Origin: an uncultured virus (IMG/VR IMGVR_UViG_3300043468_000476)
Taxonomy: Duplodnaviria; Heunggongvirae; Uroviricota; Caudoviricetes
DNA: 64,000 nucleotides
Virus record (IMG/VR): IMGVR_UViG_3300043468_000476
Direction: 5' to 3' (one strand)
Made by a program: the position numbers and the translations under genes. Each line of letters opens with the position of its first letter. Position 1 is the stretch's first letter. Under the pieces are notes generated by a model that had not been told where the DNA came from, did no database searches, and saw only the letters and a program-made list of their open reading frames with translations. Shown piece by piece: positions 18,571-29,200 of the stretch.

Positions 18571-20415
18571 TTAGAAGCTACCTCCATCTAGATAATCGTA
18601 TACTAGATGACTTCCGTTTGATTGAAGAACAAATCCACTAGTTCCAAGAGACAATCTATTATAGCCGTTCGAAGAGTTACCAACTAGCAATGCTTGATTG
18701 ATAGTCGTCTTATAACCAGTACCACCCTCTGTTCCTGCGAGAGCAGTAGATAGAGCTAATGTATTAGCAACAATATTAACATTACAAGTTGAGTTTGCAG
18801 TAACTGTTAATGTAGTATTGTTAGATACAATAGCACCAGACTCTAGGAAAGTCTGTAGAATTGCTAGGGTATAACCGTTAGCAGCTGTATTAACAACGTT
18901 GTTACCTGATAGCTCTTGTTGTGAACCTGTAAAGAGCTTATATATACCACCATCAGAAGCGTCACGGAACAGACCAGTGTGTAGGTTTGTGTTAGCTGCA
19001 ATATCATGATAGTTAGCAGCGAAACCGATGTCTAATAGATCGCTGGAATAGTTGTTACCAGCAAGATAGATCATTGGATCAGAAACGATAACAGATGATA
19101 CGTTAGTTGTTACCAGGTTACCAGAGACGATAATATCGCCAGCAATTTCAACGCTACCATCGAAGTAACCAGATGTAGAATGGATGTTAGCAGCGTGAAT
19201 TTCTCTCCATCTTAGGCTGTTAGAACCTAAATCATAGGCTGTATTAGCAGATGGATTTACGTTGCCTGTTACGCGAGCAGTAACATGGATTTCGTCTGAA
19301 GTGCTGTTACCTAGAGTGGTGTTACCCTGGACGATGACATTCAAGAATTCTGCAGTTGCAGATGTAGCGTCAACGTTTGAACCAGAGAATACAACCTTTG
19401 TAGAATTGGCAGTAAAATCTGTACCAACGCTAAGAATAGAAGCATTAACTGCGCCAACGGCGAACAAACCATAAGAGTTGGCTACAAGATCAGTACCAAC
19501 AGTGTGGGCAAAGGCATTAACAATACCTGCAGCAAACACACCACTGTTGTTAGCGGTTGTAAGTCCATTAATAACAATACCACCTGAAGTAATATTGGTA
19601 TTAACTGTGTTGTTGCCTACGAAGAAAGTAGTGGTATTCTGTACTGTACCGCCAGCGCCTGTTCCAATAGAACCAGCGTCAAAGGCTGTGGCGTTCACGA
19701 TACCAGTTACATAAGCGCCAGAAGAATTTACTGCTAGACCATTAGATTGTAGTCTTGTGGAGTTTGCTACAACTACTGAACCTACGCTTATTGTAGAAGC
19801 ATTAACTGTTCCGACTGCGAAAACGCCTGAAGCGTTTGCAACAACATCTGTACCAATGCTTACGATGGCTGCATTAACTGTACCAGCTGGAGTCCACAGA
19901 CCAGTAGAATTGGCGACTAATAGGGATCCAACAGTATGAGAAGCAGCGTTTACTGTTGTGGCATTGACTGTTGTTGTGAATACAGTGTTGTCAATGAAAA
20001 GGTTATTGCTGACTTTATTGAATGTGAAACCAGCTGTGGCGTTTGCAACGCCTGAATCATTGAACTGGATTTGAGTGTTAGCGCCAGAAGTACCTGTTCC
20101 CCAATAGATGGCCGAACCATTGGTAACAAGAACTTGACCATTCGAACCCGGAGATCCATTGGCAGTAAGCATTTTGACGATAGCATTATCTACGATAACT
20201 GTATCAATACCGCCAGAAGTGTTAGCTACAAGGGCATGGTTATTGGTCAGAATGCCTGGATATTGAGCGCCACCAATTCGTAGTACGCCAGAGCCGTCAG
20301 GAAGGCCGATATGAAGGGTGTTACTAGCTTGGGTGAACGCCAATTCACCATTTGAAAGACCGCTAACTGTAGCGTTAGCTACCGATCTTTTGATCTGAAT
20401 TCTGTTATTGGCCAT
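18571..20415 (-). CDS. Tail fibre / virion structural protein
   Basis: N-terminal IQIKRS...GELAF, HTGLFRDASDG module shared with the long fibres, C-terminal LDGGSF. Confidence 0.75.
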   Translation of the reverse strand: MANNRIQIKRSVANATVSGLSNGELAFTQASNTLHIGLPDGSGVLRIGGAQYPGILTNNHALVANTSGGIDTVIVDNAIVKMLTANGSPGSNGQVLVTNGSAIYWGTGTSGANTQIQFNDSGVANATAGFTFNKVSNNLFIDNTVFTTTVNATTVNAASHTVGSLLVANSTGLWTPAGTVNAAIVSIGTDVVANASGVFAVGTVNASTISVGSVVVANSTRLQSNGLAVNSSGAYVTGIVNATAFDAGSIGTGAGGTVQNTTTFFVGNNTVNTNITSGGIVINGLTTANNSGVFAAGIVNAFAHTVGTDLVANSYGLFAVGAVNASILSVGTDFTANSTKVVFSGSNVDATSATAEFLNVIVQGNTTLGNSTSDEIHVTARVTGNVNPSANTAYDLGSNSLRWREIHAANIHSTSGYFDGSVEIAGDIIVSGNLVTTNVSSVIVSDPMIYLAGNNYSSDLLDIGFAANYHDIAANTNLHTGLFRDASDGGIYKLFTGSQQELSGNNVVNTAANGYTLAILQTFLESGAIVSNNTTLTVTANSTCNVNIVANTLALSTALAGTEGGTGYKTTINQALLVGNSSNGYNRLSLGTSGFVLQSNGSHLVYDYLDGGSF

Positions 20416-20444
20416 GTAGATAGCGCTCCTTTGAATTTTTTATA

Positions 20445-20452
20445 TATTTATA
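20445..20452 (-). promoter_or_regulatory. T4-type late promoter TATAAATA
   Basis: Exact consensus upstream of the AAGGAG RBS of 18571..20415. Confidence 0.75.
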
Positions 20453-20455
20453 AAA

Positions 20456-20725
20456 TTAGAAAACTCCACCATCTAAGTCGCCATCTATATTAACAAAATT
20501 CAAATGTTTAACTTGATAAGTATCTGTACTATCGTCATAAATTAATGTAGAACCGTCTGATCTTTGAGTCAGACCTACATCTCTTAATTCATCTATTGTG
20601 TCTAGCCCACTCGATAAAACTGGAGCATTCTTTAGGGTCACAGGAACTGTTGTGTCGATAACGCCACCAGTAGCGTTTGATGATACTTTGACGTTTCTTT
20701 TTCTCGAAACAACAACATTTACCAT
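20456..20725 (-). CDS. Small virion protein ending LDGGVF
   Basis: ORF in structural operon; DGGxF terminus. Confidence 0.7.
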   Translation of the reverse strand: MVNVVVSRKRNVKVSSNATGGVIDTTVPVTLKNAPVLSSGLDTIDELRDVGLTQRSDGSTLIYDDSTDTYQVKHLNFVNIDGDLDGGVF

Positions 20726-20728
20726 GTA

Positions 20729-21061
20729 TTATCTCGTTACCTGTGGGGTTACTGTTACAATGCCTTCAACAACTCTAGAAACTGCATTCGAAGATGTGTC
20801 TGTCAGTTCAACATCATAAACATATCTTCCAGCTGTCAAAGCGCCAGTCTGATTTGCTGACAAAGTTAGAGATATCTGTCCAGAATATACATTAACAGAA
20901 GTGCTAAAAGTTGTAGCATTGGTAGAAGTGTACCATTTTCTCATCTGTGCGTTCGCAGAAAACCCAACCAAGTTAAGGGCATCTCCATTGTCATCTGTGA
21001 GGTCAAGCTCCACTGAAAAAGTGGAACCTTGATCTATTATGAGATTAGCTTTCGTTGCCAT
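20729..21061 (-). CDS. Beta-sandwich virion adaptor protein (fibre attachment type)
   Basis: ANLIIDQGSTF...AQMRK...GRYVYDVEL...RVVEGIVTVTPQVT. Confidence 0.7.
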   Translation of the reverse strand: MATKANLIIDQGSTFSVELDLTDDNGDALNLVGFSANAQMRKWYTSTNATTFSTSVNVYSGQISLTLSANQTGALTAGRYVYDVELTDTSSNAVSRVVEGIVTVTPQVTR

Positions 21062-23295
21062 TAGGAAGACTGAACCTTTGTAAATCTTACTGTTGACGAA
21101 GAAACCGAAGGAGTAAAGTAAAGGTATCCAACCCCGCCACTTACATCAGTAGTAAATGAGCCTAAATTACCAATTTGAGCGTATTCAGAAGAATTAATCG
21201 CTGTAGAATTGGTTGACACTAGAATCTTTGTAGCCATTCTGTTACCAGAGCTATCTGCAACATGGATCACATAATCATATGCATAAGTTCCAAGAGCTAC
21301 GCTATCGATTGACTGCTGGCCTGTGCCTGAAGTAACAACAACGTTGTTTGACACTGGAATTATTGGCAGAGCAGTCCATAAACCATTAGCGTTTAGATAA
21401 GTGTTACCGTGGTTTCTCTGAGTAATATTTGGCGGAGAAACAGTAATAAATGAAGTTGTTGAATTGTTACCAATGGTAACACTAGTGTTGACAGTAAGAG
21501 CCTGGTATAATGTAGCGTTATTAGACAGAGTAAGCGTAGAACCGTTAATTCTCCATCTATTATTAACTGTACCTAGTTGATAAAGATCGTTCGACGAAGG
21601 AATAATATCACCAATAGCATTACCAGTGTATGTGATATTACCGTTAACAGTAACGTCCCCGTTAACAACCAGAGTTCCTTTGACATTTACGTATGTACCA
21701 GCTGCTTGAGAAACACCAAACACAACGTTACCATAAACGTCCATATTGGCGTTTGAAGAAATAGCGGTAGCATTAATTTGAGTGCTGAACGAACTGTTAG
21801 CGTAGGCATAGAAAGCAGTAGAATTGATGCTGGTATTAACACCAGCCTTACCGCTGTTAAATGTATTAGCCCATATAGTTCCGTTTGCCTCTAATCTATA
21901 TGCAGGCGAAGTAGTTCCAACACCTACATTACCGTTGGCAAGAACACGAACACGCTCGACGTTGGTAGTAAACAACATAAATGGAGTTGTGTCAACAGTA
22001 CCAATAGAACCAAGTGCTGCTCCGCCATATGCAGGATTAATTCTTAGTTCTGAAGTTGTGCCTGTTCCACGTAGTCTGACTTGAGGAACAGATGACTGTA
22101 TGTCAATAGCCACAGTTGGTGCAATACCACCAATACCAATATGACCGTTAGAAGCTACTCTGAAGAATTCTGTTGATGTGTTACCAACATATAATGGATT
22201 TCCTGTTCTTGCAGCGAAATAACCAGCCCAAGAAGTGTTAGATAAACCATATACGCCATAGAAATTTTCTGAATCGCCAAAGGCTCCAACGCCGCTTATA
22301 GATCTACCATAAACGCCAGGGGCAGAATTAGATCTACCAGACACACCAATATTAGAATTCGATTCACCGTAAATAGTGACATTATTATTAGAATAAGCCG
22401 TAATGGCCAAAACAGGAGAAACTATAGAACCAACAACAATGGCTGTGGTATTAACAGTAACATTACCAGTAGTAATAATTGTACTGTTGACAAACGAATT
22501 ACCAATTCTAAGATTGTCTGATGTAAGATTTGCTACGCTACTAGAATTGGCAAGAGAGATTAATACAGAATTAATCTTAACATTAGCTGTTGGGCTTCTT
22601 ACGTCGACGAATGTAGAATTCGAAAGTATGTTTGATGTAGAAGTATAACCAGTAACAATAGTTGTATCATTAGCAAACGTATTAGAACCAATACGGATAG
22701 AAGTTGTATTGGCTGTGAAACCTGTAGATATGTCATTGGCTGTGGTTATAATAGTGCTATTAACAACGCTATTACCAACCCACAAAGTATCGTAAGAAAG
22801 AATCGCTGAAATAGCGTCTTTGGTAATCAATACACCATTAGAATTAAATGTGGAGTTAACAGTATCGTTTGCCTTGAAATACATATAGCTCTTATTCAAG
22901 ACAGTGTTAGCAGAACTATCGCCTATGAATATCTGTGATGTATTAACAACGACATTAGAACCAACCAACACAGAGTAAGTCTTCATAGTGCTGGTGTTGA
23001 CAGTAGAATTAGAAGTCTGGTTACCTACGTGGATATGGGTTGTGTTTACGTATGCAGCGTTGGCGTCAGGATTACTGAAATTACCGACAACTACATAAGT
23101 TCCTACGTTCGCATTATAGGCAGAATTCAGAACATTAGCGCTGAAAATGCCAGTAATACCAGCATTACCAACAGCAGCATTAGAGCCATTGGCCGTAACA
23201 GCATATACCGACATTGCATAAGCAAGTTCGTTAGTTCTGTTTAGCCAGTAAGCAAAGTTTTGATTATTACTGGTATTTGCGATAAGAACTGTCAT
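21061..23295 (-). CDS. Tail fibre / virion structural protein
   Basis: N/S/T-rich beta repeats, GVYG repeats, GNVGVGTTSP motif. Confidence 0.75.
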   Translation of the reverse strand: MTVLIANTSNNQNFAYWLNRTNELAYAMSVYAVTANGSNAAVGNAGITGIFSANVLNSAYNANVGTYVVVGNFSNPDANAAYVNTTHIHVGNQTSNSTVNTSTMKTYSVLVGSNVVVNTSQIFIGDSSANTVLNKSYMYFKANDTVNSTFNSNGVLITKDAISAILSYDTLWVGNSVVNSTIITTANDISTGFTANTTSIRIGSNTFANDTTIVTGYTSTSNILSNSTFVDVRSPTANVKINSVLISLANSSSVANLTSDNLRIGNSFVNSTIITTGNVTVNTTAIVVGSIVSPVLAITAYSNNNVTIYGESNSNIGVSGRSNSAPGVYGRSISGVGAFGDSENFYGVYGLSNTSWAGYFAARTGNPLYVGNTSTEFFRVASNGHIGIGGIAPTVAIDIQSSVPQVRLRGTGTTSELRINPAYGGAALGSIGTVDTTPFMLFTTNVERVRVLANGNVGVGTTSPAYRLEANGTIWANTFNSGKAGVNTSINSTAFYAYANSSFSTQINATAISSNANMDVYGNVVFGVSQAAGTYVNVKGTLVVNGDVTVNGNITYTGNAIGDIIPSSNDLYQLGTVNNRWRINGSTLTLSNNATLYQALTVNTSVTIGNNSTTSFITVSPPNITQRNHGNTYLNANGLWTALPIIPVSNNVVVTSGTGQQSIDSVALGTYAYDYVIHVADSSGNRMATKILVSTNSTAINSSEYAQIGNLGSFTTDVSGGVGYLYFTPSVSSSTVRFTKVQSS

Positions 23296-23298
23296 TTA

Positions 23299-23514
23299 TT
23301 AATTTCTCTTTAGTAGTTGACTAAGCATGTCCTTGATTTCTTGGATGTCATTTTCTACTTTATTGATTCGCTCTACGTTCTTGATGTTGCTTTCGACAAA
23401 CTGTTTTCTCTTTTTATATGCATCCAGTTTTGTATTATCAACGTTGAGAACTGCCCCGCTATTAGGGTCTTTCATTAAACCTTCGAAATCTGTTTTATAA
23501 TATTTATTTTCCAT
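23299..23514 (-). CDS. Small T4-like conserved protein with C-terminal coiled coil
   Basis: KDPNSGAVLN...EIKDMLSQL; typical position after DUF4815 genes. Confidence 0.7.
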   Translation of the reverse strand: MENKYYKTDFEGLMKDPNSGAVLNVDNTKLDAYKKRKQFVESNIKNVERINKVENDIQEIKDMLSQLLKRN

Positions 23515-23516
23515 GA

Positions 23517-26231
23517 TTACAACTGCATTGCTAGAGCTCTAAGATCGTCTATAATCGGAACCTTAGAAGTATCGTTTGATTTTAGAACAATCTTAATCTG
23601 GAATTGCTTAAACGAAGTAAAGAAGTTAGTTGAACTGTTATAGTATGAAAGGCCTGGTTTTGACACTCTATAAGCAGTTGCTCCGCTAGTAGCACTTGAC
23701 CAAGGAGTTCCAACGCTCAATAGAGTGTTGTTAGCAATGGAAACAATTACTTGTTGATCTGAGCCAACGCTTATAACAGAACCAACTGAAAGTTGTGTCG
23801 TGAAAGATGTACCAGAACCAACAATAGAATTGTTAGTAGTATAAGAAGAAACAGTTCCTGTCAAAGCAACTCTATCGTCTTTACCTACCCAAGCAGTTGT
23901 TGGGGGAGGAGCAAGATACATTCTTGTTGCAGATGTATAAGTTCCAATAAAGTTAGAAGATACTGTCAGAGAACTATCGCTAGCAATACTTACAATTTTT
24001 CTCTTTTGTTCTGTATAACCTGCTGTACTTGGAACTAGGAAAGTAACAAACCATCCTGGCTGCAATTCAGACAAAAATGAAGTTCCTGTGCCAGTGACAG
24101 TTGTGCCTGATACTGTTACTGTACCAGAAGTTATAACTGGAACATAATACGAAGGAACTGTATAAACATATTCTTTCATGTCTGTAGGATCAGAAGGATC
24201 TGAATATAATCCGTAACCAACATTATACAAAGGAGACCAAGTTTTCTGATTGATAGATTCAGTGTCTTCGCCGTTTAAGAACTTGACCCATACTTCTACG
24301 TCAGAACCAATTGGTCTAAATGCAGTTAGAATGATCTGAAGATCTTCAGCATCTTGACCATCAGCAAGAGTAATGATCTTAGAAACGTACTTAGATCTGG
24401 CGTTGCCGTTATTGAAATATTCGTCGTAGTCAAAACCTAGAGGATCAATATCGTTCTTAATGACAAGCTGTTGATTTCTTACAGTGTCGATAGCAGGAGA
24501 CAAGAATTCCGAATCAGAATACATAACTCCCTTGAGATACAAAGATTTACCAGACATACTGTTAAGTTCGTTGGTACGACTTGCTACGATACGCTCGTAA
24601 TCATACATCTCCTTTTCGTAACCAGGAATAACCTTGGTTTCTTTGCTTTCGATGCTATAACTGTTTGTTGTTCCCGTATAGAAATATTCAACAGAAGTTC
24701 CTGGAGGAGTAATGTACGCCAATTGAGGGACTAGAGCATCAACTACAGGATTATACAAGGAACCTGTATTAGCATAAGCAACTATAGTCGAGTTGTTCGG
24801 CGAAGAAACTACAGAAGAGTTAGCAAATCTATGAATCTGTACATACTTATTGGTAGAAAAATTACCAGTAGAATTATCAACGTATAGAATATTTTTGTTA
24901 TCGTCATAGAAATTGACAATACCACTAACGCTAAGATTAGCTGTAGAAGGAGTCGAATTGTCAGACTGATAAACATAATCTCCTGCAAGAATTGTAGAAG
25001 AAGAATTACTATATCCTACGTTATATACTGAAATAAAATCTGTATTCGTGTTAATGAAAATAGCCTGACCTTTTTGTGTGTTAAATCTAGCTCTATTGAG
25101 AGTAAATTTAACATATTCTGTTTGCAAGGCTGTCCACTGTTCTTGTGTAGCACCATAAAAAGCTGTTCCGACTACTGGCTGACTGAATACTTGATATCCA
25201 GTATTAACGTCTGTGTCGCCAAGCTCTGCAGTCCATACCTGATAATCCTGGTCATTGTTGTCTGGTCTTACAACGAATGCATAAGTTTGTTTGTTTGCCA
25301 AGAAAACAGGAGCTTCGAACGTAAATCTTGTTGCTACAGTACCGTTTTCGCTTATATTTACTTCGCTGTAGGTTTTGTGAACTTTGGAGAAAGGTAATAT
25401 GACTTTACCGTTAGGATATCCATTCTGAGTTTCACAAATGTAAACATTAACGCCTCTTTCGGATACTAAAGATTTTTGTTTGAAGAACAAATCTATAGAT
25501 GTAGCATAAATTCCTGATTCTCCATTTGGGGTGTTGATAGTAAGAGCTTGAGCTACAGGTTCAAGAAACAACCAAAATGGGAAAGGCTGAGGTGGAGGCG
25601 GAGGGGGTAAAATAGTTACGTTATCTTCAATGACAGAAGTAAGAACTGTTGTATCAGTATTTACGAATGTATTAGAAACAGGTATAAAATTTAATTCTGG
25701 TGTAACTGTTGTGAGAGTTAATGTATCTCTAGAAACTGTTATGTTAGAAGCAGTAAACATAGCAGAAGAAACTGTGGTGATAGCATCGTTACCATATACA
25801 AGGCTATCTACGTCACATATCTGCAGAGCTCTTTCGCCAGTTTTGAATGTGCCTGCAGGAAGATTGAACTGACCTGTTACTCTACCATTTTTATCTGTAT
25901 AAACAGGAGAACCCCAATTGCCAACTCTAGAAACTGATTGGTAATTTCCACCGTCTGTTGGAACAACATATGTGTTGTTACCATCTCTTGAACCAGGAGC
26001 ACAATGTTCGTCTACGTTAACACTATCGAAGAAAATATGAACTCTTCGATCAGGGCGCATGTTGTATGCAAAAAAGGAGACAATTCTGTTTTTAATGTAC
26101 GGCTGAATAGAAATGTCGGTAACATAATTTCCGACAGTTTTTGAATTCTTGTTTTCAGTAACTTGTAATTGCGTACCTTCGCGGATACCAATGGTAGTGC
26201 TTGTAATACTAGTAGTATTTGTAACAGCCAA
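23517..26231 (-). CDS. DUF4815/VrlC-like virion protein, C-terminal half
   Basis: PYIKNR, F-D-V, EPVAQ, TSIDLFF, FKQFQIKIVL...PIIDDLRALA; TTG start after AGGAG. Confidence 0.8.
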   Translation of the reverse strand: MAVTNTTSITSTTIGIREGTQLQVTENKNSKTVGNYVTDISIQPYIKNRIVSFFAYNMRPDRRVHIFFDSVNVDEHCAPGSRDGNNTYVVPTDGGNYQSVSRVGNWGSPVYTDKNGRVTGQFNLPAGTFKTGERALQICDVDSLVYGNDAITTVSSAMFTASNITVSRDTLTLTTVTPELNFIPVSNTFVNTDTTVLTSVIEDNVTILPPPPPPQPFPFWLFLEPVAQALTINTPNGESGIYATSIDLFFKQKSLVSERGVNVYICETQNGYPNGKVILPFSKVHKTYSEVNISENGTVATRFTFEAPVFLANKQTYAFVVRPDNNDQDYQVWTAELGDTDVNTGYQVFSQPVVGTAFYGATQEQWTALQTEYVKFTLNRARFNTQKGQAIFINTNTDFISVYNVGYSNSSSTILAGDYVYQSDNSTPSTANLSVSGIVNFYDDNKNILYVDNSTGNFSTNKYVQIHRFANSSVVSSPNNSTIVAYANTGSLYNPVVDALVPQLAYITPPGTSVEYFYTGTTNSYSIESKETKVIPGYEKEMYDYERIVASRTNELNSMSGKSLYLKGVMYSDSEFLSPAIDTVRNQQLVIKNDIDPLGFDYDEYFNNGNARSKYVSKIITLADGQDAEDLQIILTAFRPIGSDVEVWVKFLNGEDTESINQKTWSPLYNVGYGLYSDPSDPTDMKEYVYTVPSYYVPVITSGTVTVSGTTVTGTGTSFLSELQPGWFVTFLVPSTAGYTEQKRKIVSIASDSSLTVSSNFIGTYTSATRMYLAPPPTTAWVGKDDRVALTGTVSSYTTNNSIVGSGTSFTTQLSVGSVISVGSDQQVIVSIANNTLLSVGTPWSSATSGATAYRVSKPGLSYYNSSTNFFTSFKQFQIKIVLKSNDTSKVPIIDDLRALAMQL

Positions 26232-26258
26232 TTTTTATCTCCTAAATTCCATTTTGTA

Positions 26259-26266
26259 TATTTATA
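26259..26266 (-). promoter_or_regulatory. T4-type late promoter TATAAATA between the two DUF4815 halves
   Basis: Exact consensus overlapping the upstream stop codon. Confidence 0.7.
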
Positions 26267-29200
26267 AACCTCTTAAGAGAGTTGTCAATAAGTCTACGCC
26301 GCCATTCCAACCAGCTTGCACGAGAAGATCGTTTACAGATGGAGGATTGGCAACAGGCTGAACAGCAGCAGGTCTATCGCTGACAAGATTTCCTCTGAAG
26401 TCATATACTTTGTTTCTAACTTCTCCAGTAAGAATAGTCTCAACCTCAGTAGAAGTTGTAGTTCTCCAATCGCCCCATGTAACGCCGAATGGGCTAGAAG
26501 CGAATTCTTTCCATGGAGCAGCTGAATCAATATAGATTTCTGCAGAACCAGTTTTACCTTCATTAACGCCATTATCGTATGTCGGAATAAGAGTAAGATG
26601 ACCATTCCAAGCATAAGCAACCAAAGCTGAAGATCTATACTTTGTAGCATATTGCTGAACCAAGAAAGGAACTTCAGTATAGTTTAGTGTAATAAGTCTG
26701 CCTGTCTTGACAACATTAGAAGAAGCAGTGCTACTGAAATTGATAGTGATAGTTTCTCTAACAATTTTTGGTCTAGCGACGCCCTTCGAAGAATCAATTG
26801 CTATACTGAATTCTGGATTAGAAATATCGCAAAGAGAAAAAGAAGTCATAGGATCAACGAAAATACCATTCTTGAATCTATCAAGACCGTTTTCGTCAGT
26901 AACTGTTAAGTCTTTTGCCTTTTTCTCTAGCAATGACAACTGAGTGTAATATTCTAGATTTGTAACTCTCTGATCAATAGAACCTATGTCTTTCATAGTA
27001 TATCTTCTATTAGTCAAAGAAGAACCAGATATTGAAAGAGAAGTGTCTCTTATAAGGTTTATGGCGCTCTGGTTGATAGTCAAGAAGTCATCGACCTGCT
27101 CAGAAGATAGAGAAGGATATGGAGGTATATTGAGAGTAGCCAATGGCATAGCATTCTCTGGGAATAGAGGAGATTGTGGTGTAATGCTAGGCACACCCTC
27201 CTTTACCTTGAGAACATTGTCAGGGGTGATCATAACCAGATCTTTTCTACCCAGATAGAAAGTATAATCTGCCTCTAGAGATTTACCATAAGCAGGAGAA
27301 TTCATTCCTGTGATTGGAACATCAAACGATAGAGTGCTTGATGGATTCAACGTAGCATATGAAATTGCAGTATTAGTTTGAGCTCCGTTAGACCAATCGT
27401 AAAAACCGCTGTCGTTAGCAGTATTAATACATGGAACTCTGAAGTCCACATAATCTCTTAGTGGTAATTTGGCTCCAGTGTCATCAACATAAAGAGGAAT
27501 ATCTTTTGTCTGAATGGCGGTAACACTAGCAGTATTAGCGTCGTCAACAGGATAAGATTCGACTGTAAAATAACCAACTCCTGGCGATGTATTAACAGCA
27601 AAATAATCTAAGTCCACCAAAACATTTGGGAAAGAAGTAGCTGTATAACCAGGTTTAGCGTAAATATATGCTAAGTTATAATGAGTATCTTTTTGGCCTG
27701 TGTCAAGAGAGAAATTACTTGTTAGATCGACACCATTAACAGTATAAACGCCATTAGCAGTTCCGTAAATTTTATTGATCTTATGTACGTCTCCCAACCC
27801 AAGGCACCATGGACCTTTTGGGTTTGAAGAAGTGTTGATCTTAACAAATCTCTTCTTTCTGATTTCCTTTTTAGCAGGAACAGTAACAGTTCTTTTTACG
27901 ATATAAGAAACGTCAACGTCCAAAGGAACTGATGGAATCTGCCCTGAATGAATTGTGAACCCTGTGCTAGTATCTATTGTTACATATGGAGAAGGACCAG
28001 TAATACCCTTTGTTGTGGAAATTACTTTACCATTCACATATCTCTTATAACAGTTTGTTCCAGAATTAGAGTAAGCGAACGGAGCATCAACAACCATATA
28101 AGTGTTGTTTGCAACTGATACAATTGTTCTTACTGCGCCATCGACCTTTACCAAATCTCCAGATGTAAATATAGAAGTAAATACAGTAGAAGAACCTGTT
28201 ACAATAGTAGAAGATGTGCTTACTGAAACTGACCCAGTTATAGCAGCTGAATCTGCATTAGTTTTAGAAACAACTATAATGTCAGCTGCAGCCGAATCTG
28301 TTAATGTTGTACCTGCAACGAATGGTAGAATATCAGTTCCGCCTGTAACTGAAGAAGCTATTCTTGTGTCAATGTTACCACTGGTGTCCATAATAGCAGT
28401 AGTATTACTTGCTCTGTAATAGTAATCTGTAACAACATTGTTGTTCTGATCTCTAAGATTCTTAATACCAGTTACGCCAAAACTGAATAGTTGTTTTTTG
28501 TTCTGCGAAGATACAATACCAGTAGATACAACGTCAGCAATACCTTTGTTTGGACCAGTAAATACGATAGATTTTATCTGGCTTGGTGTGTAATTTCCAG
28601 ACATACTAGTATTGAAAATGTGAATGTAATAATTAGCAGTAGATGTGCCGGGAGTGCCGGAAACTAATGTTACACATCTAATATTGGCTGTACCTATCAA
28701 ATTACCAACCAAACCAGTTCCAGAATATGTTCTGTTGGTAACAGCTTTTTGTGGCTGGTCATAAAAATTGACGCTAGCTATCAAATCGGATCTGAATGAT
28801 CCAGCGTATTCATTTACAATAAAATAATTGCCATAATTGAAATTGATTTCTTGTGAACGGTTTGTCTGGGTATCAACGCCACGACGCATGTTGATATATG
28901 CAGTTTTTTGGATTTCTACTCTGTTACCCTGAACATAACCGATACCTGTGCTGACACGCCCTAGAACGCTGTTAGCATCAGATGCGCTTACATCAGAACC
29001 TGGAATGGTTGTTACAGTATCAACAATAAAAGGGTTTACGACATAATTGCCAGATTCTTCGAATGTTCTTTTTGCTAGAACGTCACCAACAACAGAATAG
29101 ACGTTTGCTGCTGGTAAAACTTTAGAAACCAAACTACCATAATTATAAATTCCGATAGGATTGAATTTCTCTCTAAGGGATGCTTCTTCTGTAGTAAGAG

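Noticed and set aside
26232..26264. Stop-codon readthrough joining the two in-frame DUF4815 halves
   Set aside because: A second in-frame TAA lies in the spacer, and the downstream half has its own promoter and RBS.
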